Notes: generated by a model from the sequence alone, not told the origin. A stretch of 64,000 nt of DNA from Acidobacteriota bacterium (GCA_963664705.1 OY761556.1:5856001-5920000), one strand, 5' to 3'; positions 28,579-38,989 are shown, counted from the stretch's first letter. Numbers and translations are program-made.

Positions 28579-28844
28579 GGACTTCGAGTGGAACTCGAAC
28601 AAGAATCCGATGGGCGTTGGATTGCGGAAGTAACCGAATTGCCCGGTGTACTTGCTTACGGCGAAACTCCTGGAGATGCGCGTGCAAAAGCGCAGGCCCT
28701 CGCACTCCGAGTGGTTGCCGATCGCCTCGAACACGGCGAGGCTGGCCGGACTTTGTTTTCGCATTCCATGATGGAGAGGAAATCGGTCCACACATGCTGG
28801 CACGAATTGCCAAAGAGACAGGTCTTCATTCTAAGGATCTCTAA
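28579..28844 (+). pseudogene. hicB-hicA toxin-antitoxin remnant fused by internal deletion
   Basis: HicB ELEQESDGRWIAEVTELPGVLAYG...RLEHGEA joined out of frame to HicA C-terminus GWPDFVFAFHDGEEIGPHMLARIAKETGL. Confidence 0.85.
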
Positions 28845-28909
28845 AACGCACGCTGAAAAATTGTGAAATCATACGAGCCTAATTTCAAAGCTGCCCAGGC
28901 GCAGTTTCA

Positions 28910-30283
28910 TTACAAGGCGCTGACAGCCTCTTTACGTGAACCGATTTCCTCCTGCATTTGAAGAACCTGCTTGTCCTCCAACCGGTATCCAAAGTAGAAG
29001 ACGATTGCTGCAATACAGCACGTAGCCGCCGGGATGATCGTTATCAGGGATTTGATACCGCTGACCACGCCCGGAGTCGGGGCAGTGTTGGCCACAAATC
29101 CTATTGCCACCAGGCCAACACTCAAAAGAACGCTTCTCAGGAATACGCCCACTTTGATAGGCAAATTGATCAAAGCCATGGTAAAGGCTCGTATGTTTTT
29201 CCCTGTCTTCCATTCTCCATAAATGACCGTATCTGAAAACAGCGCCGTGATCATTGATCCTGAGACTGAGAAAGCCATCATGGCCAGCGAGATCATAAGG
29301 GTAAAACCCCAGGAGGTTCCGCTCGTAAGCCTGGCAAGCAAGAACAGGAATGCGGCAACAAGCAGAAATATCCAATAGCAGCCCCGTTTGCCGATTCTGA
29401 TGCCTATCCAGCTTGCCACCAAGGTCCCGGCAAACCGTCCGACGCTGATGATCAGTATAAACATGGAAACAAAGGATGGATTGTTCTGCACATACGTGAA
29501 GTAATAGATCGCAAGCGCTGTAACCATAAAAAGGCTGGTGAGGTTGAACGTCTGAGCAATAATCAGACCCAGCAGCGGAGGGTTTTTAAATACCAGCCCG
29601 ACAATTTCACGGAGCGAAGGTCCTCTGGCTCCGGAAACGGCGGGTGATTCGTCGTACGGGTCTTTGCCAGCCGTGAGCCGGTAAATGTACAGATACCCCG
29701 CGACGGTGGCTATTCCGTAGATGGCCGTTGCGAGGGAAAACCCGGTTATCCGATCAGTCAGTTTGCCGAAATAAATAATGAGCGGCATTCCGGTGACCGA
29801 AAAGAGCAGTCCGGCAGCGGCCATGCCCTGAGCGCGACTGCTGGACAGAATCGTGCGCTCATCCGGCAACCGGCTCAGTCTGCCGATCATGGAACCGTTT
29901 GCCGCCGCCACCACATTCCAGAGGAGATGGCTCGTCACGAATCCAAACATAATGATTGCCACCGCAGTCACGTCGGTGCCTATTTTGGTAAACTGCAGCA
30001 CCGCCAGGGGAAAAAACATTAGCGGCCCGACCAGGAACCACGACCGGTATTTGCCGCCGAACCTGAGGGCAATTTTTTGCAGTATGATTCCCCCGGTCAG
30101 GGCACAGACTATGTCTCCCAAGCTGGTGATGATAAGAATGTTGCCGACGATCGCGAGCGAAAATGCAGCATAATCGGTTAGGAATGCTGTAAAAAAATAA
30201 AGCTCCATGCTGGTCAGCATGACGAAAAACATGTCGGCAATTCCATAAGTGTAAAGCAACGGCTTGGCTAATCGTTCAGCCAT
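28910..30283 (-). CDS. MFS transporter, GPH (MelB-like) family
   Basis: YTYGIADM, GKYRSWFL, ERTILSSSR, DTVIYGEWKTG; about 12 TM. Confidence 0.9.
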   Translation of the reverse strand: MAERLAKPLLYTYGIADMFFVMLTSMELYFFTAFLTDYAAFSLAIVGNILIITSLGDIVCALTGGIILQKIALRFGGKYRSWFLVGPLMFFPLAVLQFTKIGTDVTAVAIIMFGFVTSHLLWNVVAAANGSMIGRLSRLPDERTILSSSRAQGMAAAGLLFSVTGMPLIIYFGKLTDRITGFSLATAIYGIATVAGYLYIYRLTAGKDPYDESPAVSGARGPSLREIVGLVFKNPPLLGLIIAQTFNLTSLFMVTALAIYYFTYVQNNPSFVSMFILIISVGRFAGTLVASWIGIRIGKRGCYWIFLLVAAFLFLLARLTSGTSWGFTLMISLAMMAFSVSGSMITALFSDTVIYGEWKTGKNIRAFTMALINLPIKVGVFLRSVLLSVGLVAIGFVANTAPTPGVVSGIKSLITIIPAATCCIAAIVFYFGYRLEDKQVLQMQEEIGSRKEAVSAL

Positions 30284-30630
30284 TTACAGACACTCCTTTT
30301 CAAAATGGTGCTGTTTGAAAGATCAACCATCATTATTCATAGCTGTACTCCCGAGGACAACATGATTGATCGTGACTTGGCGGCAGTGGTTGCTGTCAAA
30401 GCCTCTGGAGGAGGTCCAGAAATCCTACTTGGCAGCAAGTAACCCAAAGGATGTCGAAGCCCATCTGGGCAAGCATTTCGATCAGATGAAATACCATGAT
30501 TTCCTAGTCTCCCACATGCTGTCATTCGATTTGCTTCGTAAGTCTGTTATGGATGATTTCGTCAAACGGTCGAGATAGATTGTTAAGGAATAAGTAATGT
30601 CACTGGAAACGCTAAAGTCAGCCGCGAGAA

Positions 30631-30711
30631 CAGCATTGGCTCCTTTATTTAGCAATTTAGCGCATTTCTCAGATCGGGACTACAGGACAATTGCATTCGG
30701 ACCTTTGGGGA
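30631..30711 (+). repeat. Cassette-boundary repeat with full right arm
   Basis: CAGCATTG...AGCAA-TTTAGCG-CATTTCTC-AGATCGGGAC-TACAGGACAATTGCATTCGGACCTTTGGGGA. Confidence 0.8.
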
Positions 30712-30762
30712 GTTGCGGTAAAACCAATGCCAGGAAATTCTTTTGAGGGCATACTAGAAGGC

Positions 30763-31782
30763 ATGAAAATTAGACGCTTTTTTTTGCTGCTGGCGTGCAT
30801 CTTTGGGCTTGTTCCCTTATTCGCACAACAATCACCCCGCGTCGGCTTTGAGGTAAAGGAACCAAAGCTACTTAAAACGGTTGCAATAGAATATCCGGAG
30901 GAGGCAAAGATTCTCGGATTGCAAGGTCCCGTAACTATTAAATTACTGATTAATAAAAAGGGACAAGTAGAAGACATCGATCCAGTGTTCTCTATTCCCT
31001 TGTTACTCGAACCCACAGTTGCTGCGGCAAAACACTTTCAGTTTGCGCCCACGGTTCAGAATGGTAAACCTATTGCAGTAACAGCGATCATGACAGTGCA
31101 CTTCGTTCTACGTCAAACGCCAGGGTTTCTGAAATTTCAGGATGGAAGTGGAATGCCGGGTGGATTATTGGTTGGATTAAGCCAGAAGGGATTGTCTCCC
31201 ATAATCGCCAGAATCGATCAGGATGGAAATTACATATCAGTTAGGGGGGAACGGAGCAACGCAAATCAACCATTGAGAATCATTCCAGCCCCACACATGG
31301 CGCTTTCCTTGCTGGAAGAAAGACTCAAAACAGCTCAGGATCGTTTCTCGCCTCCACACGAGCTATGGAGTCCTGAGTTTCGATTCCCGGACGGCAATAT
31401 ATCGTACTTTATGCAAAGGAAAGGGCTTCAGCAGCTTTATCATTCCACAATACTGGTAACGAATGGTTCTCATCTCATTCAACTTGCAGGTAACGATCCC
31501 GACGTGAAGCCTCCGCAGCTAGACCTCGACTTAACGAAACTTGGAGAGCAAGCCTTCGATCTTACATATCAAGGCGGATCTGCCTATTTCTGCACGTTGT
31601 TTGTTGATAAAGACGGCTCTATTCTCGGATTAGAACACCAGGGTTATCCCCTGGATCCTATTTATAAAGCACTTGCCAATGCGCATGTCATTAAGCCAGG
31701 TATGCGGCACGGAATTCCTGTACCGACTGCCGTTTTGGTGGCTATTCAAGTTCCTATTGTTTGGGCCAAGATCCAACACTAA
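30763..31782 (+). CDS. Exported protein with TonB C-terminal domain
   Basis: Signal peptide; YPEEAKILGLQGPVTIKLLINKKGQV...AAKHFQFAP..NGKPI. Confidence 0.8.
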   Translation: MKIRRFFLLLACIFGLVPLFAQQSPRVGFEVKEPKLLKTVAIEYPEEAKILGLQGPVTIKLLINKKGQVEDIDPVFSIPLLLEPTVAAAKHFQFAPTVQNGKPIAVTAIMTVHFVLRQTPGFLKFQDGSGMPGGLLVGLSQKGLSPIIARIDQDGNYISVRGERSNANQPLRIIPAPHMALSLLEERLKTAQDRFSPPHELWSPEFRFPDGNISYFMQRKGLQQLYHSTILVTNGSHLIQLAGNDPDVKPPQLDLDLTKLGEQAFDLTYQGGSAYFCTLFVDKDGSILGLEHQGYPLDPIYKALANAHVIKPGMRHGIPVPTAVLVAIQVPIVWAKIQH

Positions 31783-31828
31783 AAGTGGCAATTAACAATT
31801 TGGCGTTATCTCCTACAACTTCGGGGGA
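31771..31828 (+). repeat. Cassette-boundary repeat overlapping the TonB-gene stop codon
   Basis: ATCCAACACTAAAAGTGGCAATT-AACAA-TTTGGCG-TTATCTCC-TACAAC-TTCGGGGGA. Confidence 0.88.
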
Positions 31829-31966
31829 TTGTCGAATATTTCACATCTTCGAGTAGTGCGCATTTCGAACAAGTAAGCCTGCAAAAGGCTGTGGGATCAG
31901 CAATCCCGGCAGCCCTGTTCTTTCCGCGTACGGGCGTGTTCAACTTTCAGTCCGACTGGCTCAATA

Positions 31967-32935
31967 TCAACCTCGGCTTAGATGATGTTTGAAAATAGTG
32001 GGCCAGTCGGATTGCTCTGGCCCCTCTGAATCGTGGAAGCGCAGGTTGAGCTTGCCGATATCCCTAAGCAACCAGAGTCCGTATAGGAATAGCGGGATCA
32101 TCACCAGCGTGGAGATGATCGCACTTCTCCACGCTGCCTCTGGCGTATCAATGAGCGCGGCGGCCGGAACGACGTCTCCCCTCGTCAATACAGCGGGAAG
32201 CAGGTTCGTGCACACCATGCCAGCGTGTGCCACCATGATGAGCCAGACACAGCGCGTGCGCAGCACGACGGCACAGAAGCCCACGCCGGCGAGGGTCGCG
32301 TAAACGATATTTGCAAGGACGTGCTGCCACGGGACGCCGACCCATAATGTCGTAATATGCCAGAGCCCGAACAGCATACTCGAGAATAGGACAGCACCAA
32401 TGACCTCCGCGTGCGTTCGGTGAAAGCGGTTGAGCAGGATGGCGAGAATTAGGCACCGAAATACAGATTCCTCGATGAGCGGGACGCTCACGGTTGATGC
32501 GACCACCTGCAGCCATGGTGTCCAACCGATTGGCGCCTGTAGTGTTTTGCCCAGCAAGTTAACCAGGTTGAGCAGGGCATAAAGGGCCGGAAGCCATAGA
32601 AGCCAAACCTCTCGCCATTGTCCTGGCCCATTCAGCCCCACATGCAACGCCCAGCCCTTGAGCGCAAGGACTTTCCAGACCGTCAGCAGATAAGCGCCGG
32701 CCACAAGAATAAGAGCAACCTGGCCGACAACTGTGCTCGCCCGGCCCTCGATTGCGCCGAGGGCCAGTGACGTCGGAATGGTAAGGACAAGCCCGAAGGC
32801 TGGTATCAGGACCGCTGGAGCAAACTTTGCGAGCACAAGGATGGCCACGCTGCCGATCCGCGGATACTGCTCGAATAACCAGTTGAGCCGGTCGGTGAAA
32901 TCTAGGGGCACGGGAGACTCCTTTGGGGGACCCAC
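31967..32935 (-). CDS. CPBP (CAAX/Abi) intramembrane metalloprotease
   Basis: EESVFR, FGLWH, HAGM motifs; multi-TM. Confidence 0.85.
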   Translation of the reverse strand: MGPPKESPVPLDFTDRLNWLFEQYPRIGSVAILVLAKFAPAVLIPAFGLVLTIPTSLALGAIEGRASTVVGQVALILVAGAYLLTVWKVLALKGWALHVGLNGPGQWREVWLLWLPALYALLNLVNLLGKTLQAPIGWTPWLQVVASTVSVPLIEESVFRCLILAILLNRFHRTHAEVIGAVLFSSMLFGLWHITTLWVGVPWQHVLANIVYATLAGVGFCAVVLRTRCVWLIMVAHAGMVCTNLLPAVLTRGDVVPAAALIDTPEAAWRSAIISTLVMIPLFLYGLWLLRDIGKLNLRFHDSEGPEQSDWPTIFKHHLSRG

Positions 32936-33074
32936 AGATTAGTTGCAGGCGAGCAAATTAGTACCAGGGTGATGCTAACCTAAATATATAAGACGCTCCA
33001 GCGCCGACAATATTACTACAGAAGATGTCTCAAGTTGCTTGTTGATACCTTGGTATTCGATGTATGATGGGATC

Positions 33075-33386
33075 ATGAATTTCAAGGGTAGTTTGCCAAC
33101 GTTGATTCTGCATAACCTTCTCCAAGGGCCCAACTATGGCTACCAGATCGCTCAGGAAATCAAAAAGAAATCCCAAGGCGTCCTGGATTTCAAGGAAGGC
33201 ACGTTATATCCGGCTTTGCATGGATTGGAGGCGAAGGGATTAATTATTTCTTACACCAGCACCGCGAACGGACGCACCCGACTTTGCTATAAACTCACTG
33301 AAAAAGGGAGGAAAGTACTGGCTAAACAGGTGGAGGAATGGGATCAATTTACCGGTGCAATAAGCCTGATTCTTAAGGAGGCGTAA
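33075..33386 (+). CDS. PadR-family transcriptional regulator
   Basis: YGYQI, EGTLYPALHGLE, YKLTEKG. Confidence 0.92.
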   Translation: MNFKGSLPTLILHNLLQGPNYGYQIAQEIKKKSQGVLDFKEGTLYPALHGLEAKGLIISYTSTANGRTRLCYKLTEKGRKVLAKQVEEWDQFTGAISLILKEA

Positions 33387-34132
33387 TGGGTATCTGGGAG
33401 AGACAACCGTATGAGCTTCAAGCGTGGCTGAGAATTGCCACTAAAGAGTTGGCAACCCGTGCAGAGGAGCGCATCCGATTGGAGATTGAAGCACACTATG
33501 CCGAAGCGGTATCAGATCACCTGAGGAAAGGATTTTCTCAATCAGATGCCCGGAGAGCGGCGCTTGCCGAATTGGGCAATGCGCGCAAGGCGGCCAAGTG
33601 TTTCCGCGAGTGCCACCTGACCAAGTGGGAAGCCGAGGGACTCCAGAGGACATTTAGCCGGCAGGGGAGCCGCTGGTGGTTGTTGTTCAATTACATCTAT
33701 TGCGCATGTTTGTTTTTTGCTGCCAAAACACAGTATAAGAGCTTCTTAATTCCCCTAGCTGTATTGTTCATAGCAACCGTCATTATTCCCACATTCAACT
33801 TTGTTATGGTTCGGCGCAAGATCAAAAACGTTTGCTCTAGCATCCTTATGGTGATACTTGCCTGGTATGCCTTTGGGCTCTCCTTGATGCTCTCTGGTTT
33901 TTATCTTGCGTATGGCCTGCAGGCGCGGCTCTCGGCTGCGTCTGGCGGCCATGCAGCAACGGGGCACGGAATGCTTTCCCAATCTCACCTACCTGCTGGT
34001 TATTCATTCTTCTTGGTAAACAGCGGCTCCCTTGTCGCCCTTATTATCTGCCTTATTCCTGCTCTTCGCAGCTGGCTCAGACTTCGGCATGTTGCGAATA
34101 TTTGGGATGAGCTTCCTCTACGGAACGAATAG
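33386..34132 (+). CDS. Membrane protein with permease-prefix-like N-domain (PadR partner)
   Basis: IRLEIEAHY...ARRAALAELG, then TM helices; coupled to padR. Confidence 0.75.
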   Translation: MGIWERQPYELQAWLRIATKELATRAEERIRLEIEAHYAEAVSDHLRKGFSQSDARRAALAELGNARKAAKCFRECHLTKWEAEGLQRTFSRQGSRWWLLFNYIYCACLFFAAKTQYKSFLIPLAVLFIATVIIPTFNFVMVRRKIKNVCSSILMVILAWYAFGLSLMLSGFYLAYGLQARLSAASGGHAATGHGMLSQSHLPAGYSFFLVNSGSLVALIICLIPALRSWLRLRHVANIWDELPLRNE

Positions 34133-34250
34133 TAGTATTGACCAGCTGCGCTGGGGCCTCCTTGATAAAACAGGATTCTTGCGATTAATAGAAACTGCGG
34201 TCCAGAAACGGCCATGCAGGAAGCATGGATCGGTCTTAATTGGCAATAGA

Positions 34251-34293
34251 CAGATAACTTTTGGGCGTTTTCTCCCAGATTCGGACTTAGGGC
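34251..34293 (+). repeat. Cassette-boundary repeat
   Basis: CAGAT-AACTT-TTGGGCG-TTTTCTCC-CAGATTCGGAC-TTAGGG. Confidence 0.8.
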
Positions 34294-34351
34294 TCGGAAC
34301 AGTTTGCTGAACCTTAAATAATGTGCCTATGATATCACCTTAGGGGCAAGC

Positions 34352-34684
34352 ATGATTCTTCTTCAATTGATTGCTTCGATACTCGTCCCTTTCGCCGCTG
34401 CAAATATGACTCAATGGAAACCCAGTGATTCCGATTGGAATAAAGCTGCGAACGAAATCCGGCATCCTTCACCCAGCTCTTTCATTGAACTGCCCAGCGA
34501 AATAATAGGAGAATTAGACCGGAGGCAATGCACAATTCCACAGGTTGATAGATCTCCTCGATCCCATAATGTTATCAAAGGTAGCTTCACCGGCCAGGGA
34601 CAGACCGACTGGGCCGTGCTCTGTTCCCATCGCGGCGAGTCAAGCATCTTGGTTTTCAAAGGCGAATCAAGTAAGTCGCCCTAG
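34352..34684 (+). CDS. Hypothetical exported protein, probably C-terminally truncated
   Basis: Signal peptide; CTIPQ..HNVIKGSF..GQTDWAVLCS; ends abruptly at 110 aa. Confidence 0.5.
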   Translation: MILLQLIASILVPFAAANMTQWKPSDSDWNKAANEIRHPSPSSFIELPSEIIGELDRRQCTIPQVDRSPRSHNVIKGSFTGQGQTDWAVLCSHRGESSILVFKGESSKSP

Positions 34685-34715
34685 TGCAGACCCTCGGAGA
34701 GTAGGGGTAAGTCGT

Positions 34716-35326
34716 CTACTTTGAGTGCCTATCAAAATACTCCTTAAAAATTGGATAGCTCATTTGTTGCGGGTTTTCTACCTTCTGCTTTGCACCAGAA
34801 TAATAGACAAACATCGTAGGCGTTCCGCGAACTCCACTTGCAGTCGCTAATGCGATACCTCGTCGGATTGACTGGTCAATGCTCGGTTCACGCAGGTTTG
34901 ACTTAATTTTGGCAAATTCCTGCTTCGATATAGCCTTAGAGAGAACCGCTTCGATCTTTCCATCTTCGGACCACTGATCTTGGTTTGAAAACAGAGCATC
35001 CATTACCTTCAGCGCCTGATTGCGCCCAATCAGGTAGGCCGCTTCACAATAGCGGGCAGCATTCGGAGCATATCTGTGCTGGCTGAGAGGATACTCGTGA
35101 TAGATAACGCAAACTTTGTCCCTGCTTGCATATTCCTGAAGTGTTGGTGCAACCACCTCTTGTAAAACAGACGGCAACCAGGACACTGAAAATCAGAGAA
35201 GATTTCAATTCTTACTGGAGCATTAAGAGATCCGCCCAAAATCATGCCAGAATTCTGGTCAGACGCATATGCTGCTGCTGATGCTAATAGCAGCAGGGCC
35301 ATGGCCGAAAATATTGCTCGGTTCAT
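34716..35326 (-). pseudogene. DsbA/thioredoxin-fold protein, frameshifted near 35160
   Basis: Signal + IEIFSDFQCPGC in one frame; HEYPL..H, GVRGTPT in the other; RBS GAGGGAGG. Confidence 0.85.
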
Positions 35327-35763
35327 CCTATCCTCCCTCGCATGAAAAACAGCGTTTCATTGCTGCCATATTTGTTGAGCTCAAACGTGACGAAAGACTA
35401 CTTGTCCGTCCGAATATCGATCCGGCTGGCTTTCAATACATCATTCTCGTTCTTACCGATAACAGCTGGTTGCACACCCTCTTTCAAACTATTAACGCCA
35501 GCTAAAGGAACCACCGTCTTTCTCCATTTGAGCTGGAATTTTCCCCTCTTCTGGGCGTGCCTCAACACTCCAACGGTCTGTTTCTATCCAGCTCGGTGCC
35601 CGTAGTATTTGAAAATCGCGAACGTTGTAGGCAATGGTGATTAGTGTACGAAGCGGCATATAACCGGCATTGAATAGAGCCGGATTCGGGAAACTGGACA
35701 AGGGGATAAGTGGTAATCTTGCCTAACTGAGGGGCTGGAAACAGCCGAAAGAAGGAGCATCAG

Positions 35764-36066
35764 ATGGCAAGAAGACAACGCAGGAATCATAGTTCAGTAT
35801 TCAAAGCAAAAGTCGCCCTGGCGGCCCTGAAGGGCGACAAGACGATTGCCGAACTCGCCGAGCAGTTTGAAGTACATCCCAACCAAATCACCGACTGGAA
35901 ACGGCAGCTCCAGGAAAATGCGGCCATTGCGTTCGGGGAAAAGCCCGAAAAAGAAAAAGGGCCGGATATCCAGCGCATGCAAGCCAAGATCGGGCAGCTC
36001 AGTCTCGAGAATGATTTTTTAGAGAATGCGCTTATCAAGGCGGGACTGCTGAGCGCAAAAAGATGA
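35764..36066 (+). CDS. IS3 transposase OrfA (HTH)
   Basis: [14 protein letters not shown]...[17 protein letters not shown]. Confidence 0.95.
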   Translation: MARRQRRNHSSVFKAKVALAALKGDKTIAELAEQFEVHPNQITDWKRQLQENAAIAFGEKPEKEKGPDIQRMQAKIGQLSLENDFLENALIKAGLLSAKR

Positions 36067-36893
36067 TCGACCGCAAGGCCAAGATCTCCATAAAACGACA
36101 ATGCACGTTGCTGAAACTGCCGCGATCAACGGCCTACTACAGACCCGTAGAGGTTCCCCAGTCAGACCTTGAGCTGATGAAGCGAATCGACGAGCTGCAT
36201 CTTCAATGGCCTTTTGCCGGGAGCCGGATGATGCGAGATTTATTGAGGCAGGACAGCTACAAGGTCGGCCGTCGGCATGTCCGAACGTTGATGAGAAAAA
36301 TGGGGATCGATGTTTTGTATCGAAAACCCAATACAAGCCGTAGGCAGGCCGGGCACCATATCTATCCCTATCTCCTGCGGGATTTGAAGGTTGTTCGACC
36401 CGATCAAGCTTGGTCGGCAGACATCACGTATATTCCGATGCGTCGAGGCTTTGTTTATCTGTTTGTCGTCCAGGACTGGTACTCCCGCCGCGTTCTTTCC
36501 TGGCGACTTTCCAACACGCTTACGACGGACTTCTGTATAGAAGCACTGGAGGAGGCTATAGCGAATTATGGCTGTCCTGATATCTTCAACACGGACCAGG
36601 GCTGCCAGTTCACCAGTGTCGAGTTCACAGGCTTTCTCAAAGCGAATGGAATTCAAATCAGCATGGATGGCAAAGGCTGTTGGCGCGATAACGTTTTCGT
36701 TGAACGCCTCTGGCGGACCGTCAAATATGAGCACGTATATCTTTATGCTTACAGCTCGATGAATGAAGCCAAAGAACGTTTGAAGGTGTATCTGGAGTTT
36801 TATAACGGCAAACGACCGCATCAATCACTTGACGGCAAGACTCCTGATGCGGTTTATTTTGAAACCGTCCGCGAAGAAAAGCAGGCGGCGTAA
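36063..36893 (+). CDS. IS3 transposase OrfB (DDE integrase core)
   Basis: [38 protein letters not shown]. Confidence 0.95.
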   Translation: MIDRKAKISIKRQCTLLKLPRSTAYYRPVEVPQSDLELMKRIDELHLQWPFAGSRMMRDLLRQDSYKVGRRHVRTLMRKMGIDVLYRKPNTSRRQAGHHIYPYLLRDLKVVRPDQAWSADITYIPMRRGFVYLFVVQDWYSRRVLSWRLSNTLTTDFCIEALEEAIANYGCPDIFNTDQGCQFTSVEFTGFLKANGIQISMDGKGCWRDNVFVERLWRTVKYEHVYLYAYSSMNEAKERLKVYLEFYNGKRPHQSLDGKTPDAVYFETVREEKQAA

Positions 36894-37347
36894 GTCATGG
36901 CTGAGTCGGGCGCTGTGCCTCCAGCCTTCGGCTTCCGGGTACGCGCCCGACATTTTAACTGCGCAAGATTACACTTAATTCCTTTGGGAAGCTGTCCAAA
37001 CAACCGGAGCCACCGCTAATCGCCCTCCGGGCTTTACACGCAATTGAATATTTCCTGATGTGTCAGGCTTGACCGATGCTACTTCAAATCCTGGTTTCGT
37101 ATTGACCTGTGCCTGCACATTAATTGCAATGTTAAATACAAAGAGATTAAGGGTAGCCAGCATTATGATCAAACGATCCATACAGTATCTCCCTGTATTT
37201 GATTTGATACACAAATCAGGTAACTTCTCGTATGGATGTTGGATTTATGTAAATAGTCTAAATATTTGTTGATTCCTAGCATTTATCACAAACGGACCAG
37301 CAACTTCTTAGATGATTTGTCCTGAAACGACAATGTGGGAACCGATG

Positions 37348-38037
37348 CTACTCAACCCGATCTGGAGAATCATTGTTCTCACGGACAAATCCAAATTCTT
37401 TTTCCTTTAGCTCATGAAAGCCATCGGAACCAGAAATAAGCTGCGCAAGTGAACCGCTTAGATGACCAAAACCCAAGCCGCGAAGATGGCCGTTTGCATC
37501 TCGAAAATATTCGGGTGAAATTCGAGTTTCAAAACGACCAAAAACTGCGGCCCAATTAGTGAAGAAGCTTTGATAGTGGCTGTAATCTCCCAGGGATTTC
37601 AACTTTTTCAACAGTGTCCGGTCATCCCAACGAAAATCTTTTGGAAGATTAGGCGGCGGATCAGTTCTCTCCAAATATACTGTTAACGAAATATTTCCTC
37701 CCCAAACAACTCCATCAGTCGAAATCTTAGTATTGCATTCCTCCGAAAGCCAGGAACCCTCCATCGTCCGTACAGTTCTTCCAATCACGATAATGGGTTT
37801 GCCGTTGTACCTGACTCGATTCTGCAAAGCTTCACAGACAGTCAATATGGGAATGCTATTGCTGGGACCCTGTTCTGCAAAGGCGTGATCGCATGAACAG
37901 AGAAGCAAGAAGCCTAAGAGCAGTTTGGGAAGCAATCCGAATAAACAAAATTGCACTGTCGTGCACACATCTAATAGAGGCACCGAACCACTCGGAACTT
38001 GGTATCCGTTATTCTGTTTATATTGCATTGGCAACAT
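37348..38037 (-). CDS. Hypothetical exported protein (start uncertain)
   Basis: Long ORF with hydrophobic signal-like segment before PILTVCEAL. Confidence 0.55.
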   Translation of the reverse strand: MLPMQYKQNNGYQVPSGSVPLLDVCTTVQFCLFGLLPKLLLGFLLLCSCDHAFAEQGPSNSIPILTVCEALQNRVRYNGKPIIVIGRTVRTMEGSWLSEECNTKISTDGVVWGGNISLTVYLERTDPPPNLPKDFRWDDRTLLKKLKSLGDYSHYQSFFTNWAAVFGRFETRISPEYFRDANGHLRGLGFGHLSGSLAQLISGSDGFHELKEKEFGFVRENNDSPDRVE

Positions 38038-38107
38038 TTTACGGCCGAACTGAATGGGAAGGAAAGGAGTAGATCCTAAGAACCGCAATGTGGGAAGCGT
38101 GAATGGC

Positions 38108-38169
38108 GCAGAATGCAATATTGAAACGGGAATTGACGTTTTGGCGTTATCTCCCACAACTTTTGGGGA
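38108..38169 (+). repeat. Cassette-boundary repeat
   Basis: GCAGAATGCAATATTGAAACGGGAATT-GACGT-TTTGGCG-TTATCTCC-CACAAC-TTTTGGGGA. Confidence 0.88.
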
Positions 38170-38345
38170 TCTACTGGCAATTCCATTCTGCAAGCGGCAT
38201 GCTATTGGCCAACGTATGCAATTGTTAAATATCAAGCATCCCACAAAGCAAAAATCACGTAGAATGCGGTTATGGCACCCAAAATATACCTGATAGCCCT
38301 AATTGCGTGCTTGGCAGGCGTACCCGCCACTGTATTGCCAGATTT

Positions 38346-38699
38346 TTAAGCCTGCACCGCCGCCTTAAAACCGCCGTAGGCCATCCGCTTGACGTCGAAA
38401 GGCATGTCTTTGGGAATATCCGCTTTTTCTAATTCCTTCATCACTCTGGCGTTGACCCTGTCGCGGTGCGCGCGCGACTTGAACACGATGTAGGAAAACA
38501 CCACGGTCTCGCCGGGCTTTAGCTTCATCATCTTCGTGTAAGGCATCCCAATTTTGGATTTCAGGTCGTCGCCGATGCATTCCTTATAATCCAGCGCGCC
38601 GCACTTCAGCCAGACCTTCTTCCCTACCTGCGCCATCTTCACGTATGCTTTTAGATTCTTCTTGGGGACCGGCAAAACGTATCCATCCACGTAATCCAT
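38346..38699 (-). CDS. DUF1428 (YbaA-like) protein
   Basis: YVDGYVLPVP, GETVVFSYI, HRDRVNARVM, MPFDVKRMAYGGF; RBS AGGAGG. Confidence 0.92.
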   Translation of the reverse strand: MDYVDGYVLPVPKKNLKAYVKMAQVGKKVWLKCGALDYKECIGDDLKSKIGMPYTKMMKLKPGETVVFSYIVFKSRAHRDRVNARVMKELEKADIPKDMPFDVKRMAYGGFKAAVQA

Positions 38700-38989
38700 A
38701 ACTCCTCCTTTCAAACTTCAACTTCCTTACATTATTTTTTACGAAAATAGTATCAAACTAAAAGCGCGATGAAAACCTGAGCCACCGGGCACGGCGATTA
38801 AAGAGCCGCGCGATCTCAAGTCCATTCCGATTGGATAAGAAATACGCGAAAGGAATTTGAAACAGTTAGAAGCAAATGACGTTGATGGTGTAGTTGGCGT
38901 CTTGCCCCAATAGCTATGATGATCGCCCAGACTTCCCGAAACAAAAGGCTGGCTACAATACTGCCTTGGTTTGACGGATGGACACAGGA

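Larger units (their letters stand above)
35676..37017 (+). mobile_element. IS3-family insertion sequence, 1342 bp, 3-bp target duplication AAT
   Basis: Ends defined by comparison with copy 2; imperfect IRs AGAGCCGGATTCGGGAAACTGGACA / AGCGGTGGCTCCGGTTGTTTGGACA; AAT at 35673-35675 and 37018-37020. Confidence 0.95.
35492..37182 (-). pseudogene. TIGR03435-family gene interrupted by the IS and truncated
   Basis: ...FEVASVKP...PGGRL before the IS; FNAGYMPLRTLITIAYNVRDFQI..PSWIETDRW after it. Confidence 0.85.

Noticed and set aside
30366-30578. 70-aa ORF as a regulator C-terminal fragment
   Set aside because: No convincing family motif or start signal.
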